Assembly (NCBI GenBank): GCA_965237805.1
Contig: OZ250153.1
Location: forward strand, 608,001-672,000
Direction: 5' to 3'
Source of the DNA: Gammaproteobacteria bacterium
GTDB lineage: Bacteria > Pseudomonadota > Gammaproteobacteria > JABABF01
Length of the DNA stretch: 64,000 nt
Part shown: one piece after another, positions 20,740-30,288 of the stretch
Position numbering within the stretch: position 1 is the stretch's first letter
Layout: each line of letters opens with the position of its first letter
Translations under genes and position numbers: made by a program
Notes under the pieces: model-generated
What the model was told of the DNA's origin: nothing
Databases searched by the model: none
Seen by the model: the letters and a program-made list of their open reading frames with translations, nothing else

Positions 20740-22389
20740 ATGACTCAATACCCCTCGACAACAGACCGTAGTACGCCATCAGATCCCGACACCGCACGGC
20801 GAGAACTGCTCAGACAGCTCGCGCTGGTAGCCGGAGTGGTGGCGCTGCCTGGCTGCACTGGCACACTGGCACAGAAACTGGGTGAGCTGCACAGCAACAG
20901 CGCCAGCAACATCAGCGGTCGCCGAACTCGACGGCGTGGCGCATCCAGCTATCGAATGGATTTTGACACCTACCGCCACTACGACGCGGTGGCGTTGGCG
21001 TCCTTGGTGCGACGCGGCACAGTCGATCCAGAAACCTTACTAGAAATCGCCATCAACCGCGCCGAGGAAGTCGACGCCGCCCTGAACTTCATGACGGTGC
21101 CGCTCTATGAGCGTGCCCGCAGAGTGGTGACGCGCCAGCTCCCCACAGGCCCGCTGGGGGGGGTGCCCTTCCTGCTCAAAGATCTGAGCGTCGATCTGCA
21201 GGGCACCATCACGACGCGGGGCTCCAGACTGTTCCAAGACTCGGTGGCGGCACAAACCAGCACAGTGGTGCAACGCTACGAGGATGCCGGGCTGGTGATC
21301 TTCGGCAAAACCGCATCACCGGCATTTGGCGGCTCTGTCTCAACCGAGTCCGTGTTACACGGTCCGACACGCAATCCATGGGATTCCAATCTCAGTTGCG
21401 GCGGCTCTTCCGGAGGCTCGGCAGTCGCCGTGGCCACTGGCGTTGTGCCGGTGGCACACGGCACCGATGGCGGCGGCTCGATACGTATCCCGGCCTCGGC
21501 CTGTGGACTGTTCGGGCTGAAACCGACGCGCGGTCGCCTGCCCACCGGCCCAACATATATGGAAACCACCGCTGGCTTCTCCACCAGCCATGTGCTGAGC
21601 CGCACCGTGCGCGACAGCGCAGCCCTGCTCGACGCCTCCCACGGCAGCGAGCCCGGAGCCACCTACCGCATCGCCCTACCGGACAGACCATACTTGGAAG
21701 AGCTGCGCCGCAAGCCCGGTCGCCTGCGCATCGCGGTGGTGCGTGCACCACCCTATCCGATGCCATTGCACCCGGACTGTGAGGACGCACTGGAAGACAC
21801 AATCGCCCTATGTGAGAGCTTAGGGCACCAGCTGGTGGAAACTCAAATGCCCCAAGGCCAGCTTGAGGACATCATGAATGGTTTCGGTGTCATCAACTCG
21901 AGCCACTTGGCGGCGGCCTTCCAATCCTACGAACAGCGCTTTGGCAAAGTGGCCGAACCAAGCCGTGTGCTGGAATCGACGATATGGAATCGCATCAGCG
22001 ATAGCCGCCGTATTCCCGCCACCTATTATCTGAACACGCTGACCTCGTTGCGACAATTCGCACGGCGGATGACGCAACATTTCCGCGACTTCGATGTGAT
22101 CCTGAGCCCGACACTTGGACAGCCGCCGATCGAGCTCGGCATCATCGGAGAACAGAAGACCCAAGACGATCTGTTACGGGTGGTGTTGCCCTACGCCGCC
22201 TTCACCAATCTGTACAACATCTCGGGGCAACCAGCCATGTCGGTGCCCTTGTACTGGAACGAACACAATGTGCCGATCGGGGTGATGTTTGCTGGACGGA
22301 TGAATGACGAGGCCACGCTGTTCCGCCTCGCCGGGCAGCTGGAACGGGCGCGGCCATGGAGCCATCTCTACCCGCCAGCTTGGAGTTGA
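20740..22389 (+). CDS. Amidase-signature enzyme with Tat/lipoprotein signal
   Basis: TARRELL..ALPGC N-terminus; PFLLKD, GGSSGGS, GTDGGGSIRIPAS (Lys-Ser-Ser triad). Confidence 0.9.
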   Translation: MTQYPSTTDRSTPSDPDTARRELLRQLALVAGVVALPGCTGTLAQKLGELHSNSASNISGRRTRRRGASSYRMDFDTYRHYDAVALASLVRRGTVDPETLLEIAINRAEEVDAALNFMTVPLYERARRVVTRQLPTGPLGGVPFLLKDLSVDLQGTITTRGSRLFQDSVAAQTSTVVQRYEDAGLVIFGKTASPAFGGSVSTESVLHGPTRNPWDSNLSCGGSSGGSAVAVATGVVPVAHGTDGGGSIRIPASACGLFGLKPTRGRLPTGPTYMETTAGFSTSHVLSRTVRDSAALLDASHGSEPGATYRIALPDRPYLEELRRKPGRLRIAVVRAPPYPMPLHPDCEDALEDTIALCESLGHQLVETQMPQGQLEDIMNGFGVINSSHLAAAFQSYEQRFGKVAEPSRVLESTIWNRISDSRRIPATYYLNTLTSLRQFARRMTQHFRDFDVILSPTLGQPPIELGIIGEQKTQDDLLRVVLPYAAFTNLYNISGQPAMSVPLYWNEHNVPIGVMFAGRMNDEATLFRLAGQLERARPWSHLYPPAWS

Positions 22390-22405
22390 GCACAAGGCTG
22401 CGAGC

Positions 22406-23116
22406 TCAGCCCCGATCCTCCAACAACAGATCGCGCGCCTGATTGATCAGCGAGGCCAAATAGGCATTGCCACCACGATCCGGGTGCAGGCGCTGCACCA
22501 TGCGACGGTGGGCGGAGAGCACCGCATCGCTGTCGGCACCCTCCTCCACACCCAACACCGCTCGCGCCTGCTCTACACTCATGGTGGAGCGCGGCGGCGG
22601 TGTCCCGCCACTGGCATGCGCCGACGGATCAGCCTCCGCCCAGTCGGGATGTGCATAGGCGATGTAGTTCTGTAGTAGCAAGGCTGCTTGCGCATCTGCG
22701 CTCCGACAGTAATCCAGCAACTCCCGCAGCTCGCTGGCAGACAGTTCGCTCAGTTGCCGACCCGCCAACGAGCCGCTCAGCACCTCGCCCTCCATGCGCC
22801 CGCTCAGCGGATCCAGCGTCACCATCAGCACGGCGGTGCGAAACTGCGCATGGCCACCGCTGCCGCCCATGCGCAGACGCCACGCACGCGGCAGCAGAGC
22901 GAGCAGCTGCGACATCATCAGCAGACGCCTGATCAGCGCCAGCGCCGCCAGCACCACGATGCTGATCCAGTGAGCGCGCCCGGTCGCCACCAACAGCACC
23001 AAGACCAAGGCGGCTAAGGCCAGTAGTGCACTCCAAGCACCATAGCGACGGTACAGACGCGACAAGGAGATGCCGAGCAGCGTCCCCAAGGCGATCAGCA
23101 ACAGGATGTGAATCAT
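22406..23116 (-). CDS. Membrane protein with C-terminal J-like domain
   Basis: N-terminal TM helices; MSVEQARAVLGV..HRRMVQRLHPDRGG..INQARDLL. Confidence 0.85.
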   Translation of the reverse strand: MIHILLLIALGTLLGISLSRLYRRYGAWSALLALAALVLVLLVATGRAHWISIVVLAALALIRRLLMMSQLLALLPRAWRLRMGGSGGHAQFRTAVLMVTLDPLSGRMEGEVLSGSLAGRQLSELSASELRELLDYCRSADAQAALLLQNYIAYAHPDWAEADPSAHASGGTPPPRSTMSVEQARAVLGVEEGADSDAVLSAHRRMVQRLHPDRGGNAYLASLINQARDLLLEDRG

Positions 23117-23158
23117 TGCGGCATCGCCCCCTGCCCGGCAGGTCGCAGCGGCCACCGC

Positions 23159-24136
23159 CTAGCCATCGGCACCCACCAAGTGGCAACCGGCGGGCAAGTG
23201 CCTCGGTTTGGGGCCACGGCGCAACTTTTCTCCCCGCACGATATTGAAATGCCGCAAGCACCACCGTAACAAGCAGTAGAAACGATAACCACCGCGCACA
23301 TGCAACAGATCGAGGGAACAGCTGAAGAGCCAGACAAAGCCGCGCCGCGCCACCGACAACTGACGCCGCTCGGCGGCCCGTCGATAGACCGCACGCCTAG
23401 GCGCACGTGCCGCCGCCACAGCGGCAGGGTCGTGCGCCTGCCCCGATGGCAGGCGCCGGTAGCGATAGAGCACTCGCTCGATGAACACCGGGTAGCAGAC
23501 CTCCTCCAACTGGAGCATCAGATCGAAATCCTCAACATGCAGCGCCGCTGGCGCGAAGCCGTCGGTACGATCGTAAGCGCGGCGCCTAAAAGTCCGCAGT
23601 GACGGATAAGTACACTCAAGCAGACCGCTGTGGCCTGCTATCGGGGCAGCGCTGATGACACCGCCGGGATGAAGCCCCGGATCGTATTCAATTGCCGTTT
23701 TGAGCTCCGCATCATAGGATTGCATCTGAGAGAAGACACATTCTATGGCAGCATCAGCAGCATAGACCGCCAATACCGCCGCTGTCGCATCAGGTTCCAA
23801 GGCATCGTCGGGATCCAAAGTGCCGACAATATCCGTATTCGACTCGGCGATCAGACGACGTAAAGTGGCAATGTAGCCACGATTTTCCGCATTCTCCATA
23901 TAGCGTATCTGGTCACCGCAATCCAGCCGGGCCAGGTGCTCAGAGATGCGCCGAGGCGAGCCATCCGTGCTGCCGTCATCGCAGATCAGACAACGCCAAT
24001 TGCCGTCCGTCTGCGCTTGTAGTGAATCGAGGCAATTGCTGATATAGGGCGCATTGTTGTAATTGGCCACCAGATAGCTGATGCACTCTGGCTGGGCATC
24101 ATCGGGGACAGACGGCTCCACCACTTGGGCAGTCAT
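23159..24136 (-). CDS. Glycosyltransferase family 2 (paralog 3)
   Basis: SYLVANYN, CLDSL, ICDDGSTD, LDPDD, EDFDL, LYRYR. Confidence 0.88.
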   Translation of the reverse strand: MTAQVVEPSVPDDAQPECISYLVANYNNAPYISNCLDSLQAQTDGNWRCLICDDGSTDGSPRRISEHLARLDCGDQIRYMENAENRGYIATLRRLIAESNTDIVGTLDPDDALEPDATAAVLAVYAADAAIECVFSQMQSYDAELKTAIEYDPGLHPGGVISAAPIAGHSGLLECTYPSLRTFRRRAYDRTDGFAPAALHVEDFDLMLQLEEVCYPVFIERVLYRYRRLPSGQAHDPAAVAAARAPRRAVYRRAAERRQLSVARRGFVWLFSCSLDLLHVRGGYRFYCLLRWCLRHFNIVRGEKLRRGPKPRHLPAGCHLVGADG

Positions 24137-25098
24137 CGACTGTCTACCGCTGGCTCGGTCTCAACGCTACCATGTGGCGTGCTGAATTGAACTGAGTCGA
24201 GCACACAGAAATCCGGCACATGGATCGGTCGCGGTCCCCTAGGCAGATATTCCCCCCGGATCAGCGGAAAGCGCGCCCCGATGCGCGCCAAATTGCGGTA
24301 AAGCCAAGAGACGCCACGCACACGTGTATCTCGCTGATGCGAGTTGAGATAGGCCAATAACAGCGCAAAATACTTGCTGATGCCACGCAACTGGCGCCGC
24401 ACCACAGCGGCGCGGCAGGCGGTATAGATATGACGCTGCCCGACCCGCCGCTTGACCGGATCGTGCGCTTGGGAACCGGGGATCCAGCAGTGGTAGCGAT
24501 AGAGGACGCGGTCGATGAAGACCGGGTGCGTCACCTCCTCCAAGCGCAGCACCAATTCTCGATCCTCCGCGTACGGGCACTCGTCGCTATAACCATCGGT
24601 GCGATCATAGGCACGGCGTCGAAAAGTGCGCAACGCCATGTACCAGCCATCCGTCAGGCTACTGCGCCCCGGCGGCGGCGGGTGGCCTGACACCCCCATG
24701 TTGGAATCGGTAATGACATTGATGCATGCAGCCTTGGAGGCGGTGAATTCGATCTGCGGGTCGGCAGCGTAGACCTGTAACACGGTCGCCGTCGCCTCCG
24801 GCAACAAGGCATCATCGGCATCGAGTATGCCGACGATATCCGTGCGCGCCGCGGAGATGAGACGGCGCAGAGTGGCGATGTAGCCACGATTTTCGGCATT
24901 TTCCAAGTATCGTATCCGATCCCCGCAATCCAGCCGGGCCAAGTGCTCGCGGATGCGCACAGGCGAGCCATCCGTGCTGGCATCATCGCAGATCAGGCAG
25001 CACCAATTGCCATCGGTTTGCGCAGCGAGTGAATCCAAGCAATCGCCGACATAGGGCGCTTTGTTGTAACTCGCGATCAGATAGCTAATCTGTTCCAC
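24133..25098 (-). CDS. Glycosyltransferase family 2 (paralog 2)
   Basis: SYLIASYN, ICDDASTD, LDADD, AEDREL; start re-picked at GTG 25098. Confidence 0.88.
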   Translation of the reverse strand: MEQISYLIASYNKAPYVGDCLDSLAAQTDGNWCCLICDDASTDGSPVRIREHLARLDCGDRIRYLENAENRGYIATLRRLISAARTDIVGILDADDALLPEATATVLQVYAADPQIEFTASKAACINVITDSNMGVSGHPPPPGRSSLTDGWYMALRTFRRRAYDRTDGYSDECPYAEDRELVLRLEEVTHPVFIDRVLYRYHCWIPGSQAHDPVKRRVGQRHIYTACRAAVVRRQLRGISKYFALLLAYLNSHQRDTRVRGVSWLYRNLARIGARFPLIRGEYLPRGPRPIHVPDFCVLDSVQFSTPHGSVETEPAVDSR

Positions 25099-25215
25099 AG
25101 CGGATCTGGAATGCCCTAGATGGTGACGAAAATCATAGCGCAAGCACCGCCTTGCCAGCAAGGGTATGCGCCGCCAACGGATAGAGACAAGTGGCGACGG
25201 CTCACCGCCGCGTGC

Positions 25216-26145
25216 TCAGACCGCCCCATGGCGAGCCGCCTCTGCCGATTCCAAAATACAGTACGGAGGCAAGTGCACGGGCCTAGCACCGCGCCGCAAG
25301 CACTCACCATTAGCCATAATATCAAACTGCCCATCCAGCCAGTCCAACACCCTCCCCAATCGGTGGCTACCGCGCCAATACGGCGCTTTGGACACGACAT
25401 AAAAGAAGCACAACGCAAACCACCGGCGCGGGCCACGCAGGCGGCGGCGCACGGCCATACACCGCCCGTTGAAGATGCCACGATACATGGCGGCCAATTT
25501 GTCCGGATCGTGTGACTGCGCCCCCGGCACCCCGCGACGATAGCGGTAGAGTGCCCGGTCGATGAATACCGGATGCGTCACCTCCTCCAACTTGTGGGTC
25601 AAATCGCGGTCTTCGGCATACAGGCAATTGTCCTCGTAGCCCGCCGTGCGCCAGTAAGCACGGCGGCGAAAGCTTCTGATCGCCACAAGAAATTCGCCTC
25701 TGAGACTGGTGCGTCCCGGATATGGAGCCCTGCCGTAAACATCGCCCAAAGGTGTCATGTCGACTCGGTGGCCGCGCATCTTCGAACAGGCAAACTCGAC
25801 TTGCGGGTCGGCGGCGTAGACCTCGCGTAGCACCACCGTTGCCTCGGGCTCCAGCGCATCGTCGGGATCCAAGATGGCCACGATATCGGTGCTGGCCTCC
25901 TCGATCAGCCGCCGCAGAGTGCCGATATAGCCCACATTGCTCTGCTGGGAGATGACGCACACCCGCTCAGTCAGCCCCAAGCGCTGGACGGTGTCTGTGA
26001 TCACCGCCAGCGAATCGTCGGTGCTGGCATCGTCGCAGATCAGGCAAGACCAACCGTCATCGGTCTGCGCGGCCAGCGAGTCCAAACAGTCGCCCACATA
26101 GGGCGCTTGGTTGTAGTTCGCAACCAGATAAGTCAGCTTTTCCAT
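25216..26145 (-). CDS. Glycosyltransferase family 2 (paralog 1)
   Basis: TYLVANYN, ICDDASTD, LDPDD, AEDRDL; start re-picked at ATG 26145. Confidence 0.88.
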   Translation of the reverse strand: MEKLTYLVANYNQAPYVGDCLDSLAAQTDDGWSCLICDDASTDDSLAVITDTVQRLGLTERVCVISQQSNVGYIGTLRRLIEEASTDIVAILDPDDALEPEATVVLREVYAADPQVEFACSKMRGHRVDMTPLGDVYGRAPYPGRTSLRGEFLVAIRSFRRRAYWRTAGYEDNCLYAEDRDLTHKLEEVTHPVFIDRALYRYRRGVPGAQSHDPDKLAAMYRGIFNGRCMAVRRRLRGPRRWFALCFFYVVSKAPYWRGSHRLGRVLDWLDGQFDIMANGECLRRGARPVHLPPYCILESAEAARHGAV

Positions 26146-26357
26146 CACACCATTCAGAGTGGCGGTGCACCACCCATGCACCATCAGCCCGTGACCAAAA
26201 TAGCGGCGCAACGACCACTCGCACCAGTTGACAAAGTATAACAAGAACGCTCGCCACAGCCCATCCGTCGCCTGTGTCGGACAACGCACTCAATTGACCA
26301 CAGCACAGTAGACCTCTACACTGTTCAAACGGTGGCAATGGCGCAGAGAAAACGGCA

Positions 26358-28085
26358 ATGCACGACTTGGTGATTAAAAATGGCAAGATTGTGGACGGCA
26401 CTGGCGCGAGCGCCTTTGTCGGCGATGTCGCCGTCGATGAAGGGCGTATCAGCGCAGTGGGCAAGCTCAACGGCGTGCGCGCACATCGCAGCATTGATGC
26501 CGATGGGCACTTGGTGACTCCGGGCTGGGTCGATTCGCACACCCACTTCGACGGCCAAGCCAGCTGGGATCCCCTGCTGACACCATCTTCCAACCAAGGT
26601 ACCACCACGGTGATCATGGGCAACTGTGGTGTCGGCTTCGCACCCTGCAAGCCTGATCAGCGCGAATCCCTGATCCATGTCATGGAAGATATCGAGGACA
26701 TCCCCGGCAGCGCCTTGACCGAGGGCATCTCTTGGGAGTGGGAAAGCTACCCTGAATACTTGAACGCGCTGGAACGCAGCGACCACGCCATCGACATCGG
26801 CAGCCAAGTGCCCCACTGCGCAGTGCGCTGCTATGTGATGGGCGAAGCCGGGGCCAACAATGAGGCGGCAACACCAGAGCAGATCGATCGGATGACCGCG
26901 ATCGTGCGCGAAGGTATCGCCGCGGGGGCGATTGGCTTCACCACCTCGCGCACCAAATTGCATGTAACCCGCCACGGCTCTGTCATGCCAGGAACCTACG
27001 CCGACGAACATGAATTGCTCGGCATCGGTCGGGCGCTCGGCGATCTCGGTCGCGGCGTCTACGGCTTGGTCTCGGATTTCGACGACTGGGAAAACGAGAT
27101 GGACTGGATGAAGCGCCTTTCCATCAACACAGGCCGGCCAGTCAATTTTGTGCTGTTCTTCCGTAAGGAATCCGAGTTCGCACGGATACAGGCACAGCTC
27201 GACTATGTGCGCCAAGCAGCCAAAGAGGGTGCGCAGCTGGTTCCCCATGTCTCGGCTCGACCCGGCAACATCATGATGAATTTCAACAGCACCGTGCACC
27301 CGTTTATGTTTTTCGAGAACTTCGCCCCGCTGGCCGAATTGAGCCCGACCGAGCGCATCCGTCGACTACAGGATCCGGCGCTGCGCCAAGCGATACTCGC
27401 TGAAAAAGTTGTGATACCGCAGATCCAGGTGCCCGACGCACAGGACGTGATGGCTGCCATCATCACCGGATTCGACCAGATGTATCGGGTCGAGTCGCCA
27501 CCCGACTACGAGCCGACGCCGGACAAGAGCATTGCCGTACGCGCAGCCGCCATGGGTGTGCCACCGAGGCAATTGGCCTATGACATCCTGTGCGAAAACA
27601 ATGGCCGAGAGATGATCTATTTCCCGCACTTCGGCTACGGCACCGGCGATATGTCGCGGCAGATGCAGATGCTCAAAGATGCCAACAGTGTCGTCAGCTT
27701 GGCTGACAGTGGTGCCCATTGCGGGGTGCTCTGCGATGCCACAATGCCGAGTTTCTTACTCAGCTACTTAGTGCGCGACCGCGAGCGCGGCGAGCGGATC
27801 GGCTTGGAATGGGCGGTGAAGTCCCACACCCAAGATACCGCGCGTTGCGTGGGGATCACGGATCGCGGCACATTGGAGCCGGGCATGAAGGCCGACATCA
27901 ATGTGATCGACTTCGAGCAGCTGCAGCTCGACAAGCCGCAGGTGGTCTTCGACCTGCCGGCTGGCGGGCGGCGCATCACTCAGACGGTGCAGGGCTACAG
28001 AGCCATCATCGTCAGCGGCGAACCGATCTTCGAGCGCGGCGAGCACACCGGTGCCCTGCCAGGGAAACTGATCCGAATGCAGTAG
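26358..28085 (+). CDS. N-acyl-D-amino-acid deacylase-like amidohydrolase
   Basis: DLVIKNGKIVDGTG, PGWVDSHTHFD, MGNCGVGFAP, DSGAH, DRGTLEPGMKADINVID. Confidence 0.9.
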   Translation: MHDLVIKNGKIVDGTGASAFVGDVAVDEGRISAVGKLNGVRAHRSIDADGHLVTPGWVDSHTHFDGQASWDPLLTPSSNQGTTTVIMGNCGVGFAPCKPDQRESLIHVMEDIEDIPGSALTEGISWEWESYPEYLNALERSDHAIDIGSQVPHCAVRCYVMGEAGANNEAATPEQIDRMTAIVREGIAAGAIGFTTSRTKLHVTRHGSVMPGTYADEHELLGIGRALGDLGRGVYGLVSDFDDWENEMDWMKRLSINTGRPVNFVLFFRKESEFARIQAQLDYVRQAAKEGAQLVPHVSARPGNIMMNFNSTVHPFMFFENFAPLAELSPTERIRRLQDPALRQAILAEKVVIPQIQVPDAQDVMAAIITGFDQMYRVESPPDYEPTPDKSIAVRAAAMGVPPRQLAYDILCENNGREMIYFPHFGYGTGDMSRQMQMLKDANSVVSLADSGAHCGVLCDATMPSFLLSYLVRDRERGERIGLEWAVKSHTQDTARCVGITDRGTLEPGMKADINVIDFEQLQLDKPQVVFDLPAGGRRITQTVQGYRAIIVSGEPIFERGEHTGALPGKLIRMQ

Positions 28086-28116
28086 GGCTAAGGTCCACCA
28101 CCCGCTGGGGCGCACT

Positions 28117-29451
28117 ATGCCAGTATCAGCGGACAGGCAGTTGCCAGCTGACAACACCCACACCCTGCCCGGGGCGCGCTTCGTGCTGGCGATGTTGTTG
28201 CTCGCCTATATCCTCTCTTTTGTCGACCGGCAGATACTGAGCCTGCTGGTCGGTCCGATACGCGACGATCTCGGTATCGGCGACTTCCAGTTCAGCCTGC
28301 TCAGCGGTGCCGCCTTCGCGCTGTTCTACACGCTGATGGGTATTCCGATAGGCCGCTGGGCGGACAGTGGCAACCGTAGCCGCATTATCGTCATCGGCAT
28401 CGCCCTGTGGAGCGCGATGACTGCACTGTGCGGCGTCGCACGCAGCTTCGGTGCGCTGTTTGCCGCACGCGTCGGCGTGGCCGTGGGCGAGGCCGCCCTG
28501 TCGCCGCCGAGCTATTCCCTACTCAGTGACTATTTCTCGCCCGCACGCCTACCACGGGCACTGGCGATCTACACCTTGGGAATCACGGTGGGTGGTGGCA
28601 TGGCCTACCTGATCGGCGGTGCTGTGGTTGGCTTCATCGGCGAGATGGAGGCCGTCCCATGGCCACTAGTCGGCGAGCTGGCACCGTGGCGACTGGCCTT
28701 CATCATCGTCGGCCTGCCTGGGCTGCTGGTGGCGCTGTTGGTCTACGCCACTGTGCACGAGCCGCCGCGCCGTCTGCAGCCGGGCGAAAAAGGAAAACTG
28801 CTGTCCGTACACAGCGCGCTACGACACATCGTGGGGCACCGTGCCGACTACGCCGTGGTGCTGTACACAGTGCCGCTACTGTCAATCGCCGGCTACGGCT
28901 TTCTCGGCTGGTATCCTGAATACCTGATCCGCACCTTCGATGTCGCACGTAGCCAAGCAGGCTACCTAACTGGCGGGCTCTACCTGATCAGCGGCACCGC
29001 TGGCACCCTGTGCGGTGCCCGCCTCGCTGAGTTGCTAGCTCGGCGCGGCTACCGCGACGCCAATGGTCGGCTGGTGGCGCTGGTGGCCAGCGCCCTGCCG
29101 CTGCCAGTACTGCTCTCCACCCAAGCTGACAGCTTGGCGATGGCCATAGTGCTGGCGACACCGGTGATCTTCCTACTCAACGCCTATTTCGGCGTCTCGC
29201 TGGCAGCTCTGCAATTGGTGACCCCCAACCGTCTGCGCGCACAGCTGTCGGCCGGGCTATTATTCGCCACCAACCTACTCGGCTTGGGCTTTGGCACCAG
29301 CGCCGTGGCGGCGCTCACCGAGTTCGGCTTCGGCGACGATGCCGCGCTAGGGCGCTCGCTGGCACTGGTCGGCAGCGCGGTCACACTGCTGGCGGCACTG
29401 ATCGCTTGGCGTCAGCTGGGCGGCTATCGGGCGGCTATCGGGCGGCGTTGA
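28117..29451 (+). CDS. MFS transporter (spinster-like)
   Basis: LSFVDRQILSLL, GRWAD, ARVGVAVGEA, SLLSDYF; about 12 hydrophobic segments. Confidence 0.9.
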   Translation: MPVSADRQLPADNTHTLPGARFVLAMLLLAYILSFVDRQILSLLVGPIRDDLGIGDFQFSLLSGAAFALFYTLMGIPIGRWADSGNRSRIIVIGIALWSAMTALCGVARSFGALFAARVGVAVGEAALSPPSYSLLSDYFSPARLPRALAIYTLGITVGGGMAYLIGGAVVGFIGEMEAVPWPLVGELAPWRLAFIIVGLPGLLVALLVYATVHEPPRRLQPGEKGKLLSVHSALRHIVGHRADYAVVLYTVPLLSIAGYGFLGWYPEYLIRTFDVARSQAGYLTGGLYLISGTAGTLCGARLAELLARRGYRDANGRLVALVASALPLPVLLSTQADSLAMAIVLATPVIFLLNAYFGVSLAALQLVTPNRLRAQLSAGLLFATNLLGLGFGTSAVAALTEFGFGDDAALGRSLALVGSAVTLLAALIAWRQLGGYRAAIGRR

Positions 29452-29477
29452 AGCGGCCACCAGAAACAGTCAAGGGC

Positions 29478-30147
29478 ATGGTACGGTTGATTGGACATGG
29501 CTTCGTCAAAAGCTATGGTGCCAGTATTTCCAATGAAATAACCAAGTTGGCCCCAAAAATAAAATCGCAGCTCCTGCAGGATATGTTTGTGCTGTGTGAG
29601 TTGGATTGCAAAAAAAGAGGTGTTTTCGTTGAAATTGGAGCGGCGGATGGCATTAAATGCAGCAATACATATTGACTTGAAGCCGAGTTTGGATGGACTG
29701 GCATGCTAGCCGAGCCTGCGCGGCACTGGCATCAATCACTGCAAGCCAACAGATCAGCCAAAGTTGCGTTGGATTGTGTTTGGGAGCGGAGTGGAGAAAC
29801 ACTGAAATTTCTAGAGTCTGATGAGAAAATGCTCTCAACTATTTCAACGTATATATGGAATGATGCTGGCAGTCTGGCACCACCGACGAAGTGCGGACTA
29901 TATCTATGCTGGACAAACATGGTGCTCCCAAGCAGATTGACTATCTTGCTATCAATACAGAAGGTGGCGAATACGGTATCCTCAAGAGTTTTGATTTTAA
30001 AAAATACAAGATATCGATTATCATATGTGAACACAATTACAATCCAGAACAAAGTAAAAAATTCACGATTTGCTGAGTTCCAACGGATCTATTCAAGTAC
30101 ACCGAGATATATCATTTTTTGATGCTTGGTATAGGCTCAGAGAGTAA
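29478..30147 (+). pseudogene. FkbM-family methyltransferase pseudogene
   Basis: SQLLQDMFV..FVEIGAADG..SNTY*LE..GWTGMLAEP, then frameshift to IDYLAINTEGGEY..CEHNY, and a second frameshift to ..FFDAWYRLRE*; AT-rich. Confidence 0.85.
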
Positions 30148-30288
30148 GCAAAGCACTGCCAACCGCGCGCTAGCGCCGAAGGATCGAGCACAGTCAATGG
30201 CAGCGAGGGGCACCCGATGCCGCGGGTCGCTCGTCACCCTGCGTCAGCTCGCAACAACCATTTGCGTCCATCCCGGCTAGGGATGGCT

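Noticed and set aside
26146-26289. In-frame extension upstream of GT2 paralog 1 as a remnant of a fourth paralog
   Set aside because: There is only a vague aromatic/basic resemblance to the GT tails, and the shared GExLxRG motif is absent
26325-27299. 324-aa minus-strand ORF and similar long antisense ORFs across the window
   Set aside because: They lie antisense to well-supported genes and are expected from GC-rich codon bias
29673-29675. In-frame TGA as selenocysteine or recoding
   Set aside because: The same gene has two further frameshifts and TGA is a normal stop throughout the window; simple pseudogenisation explains it
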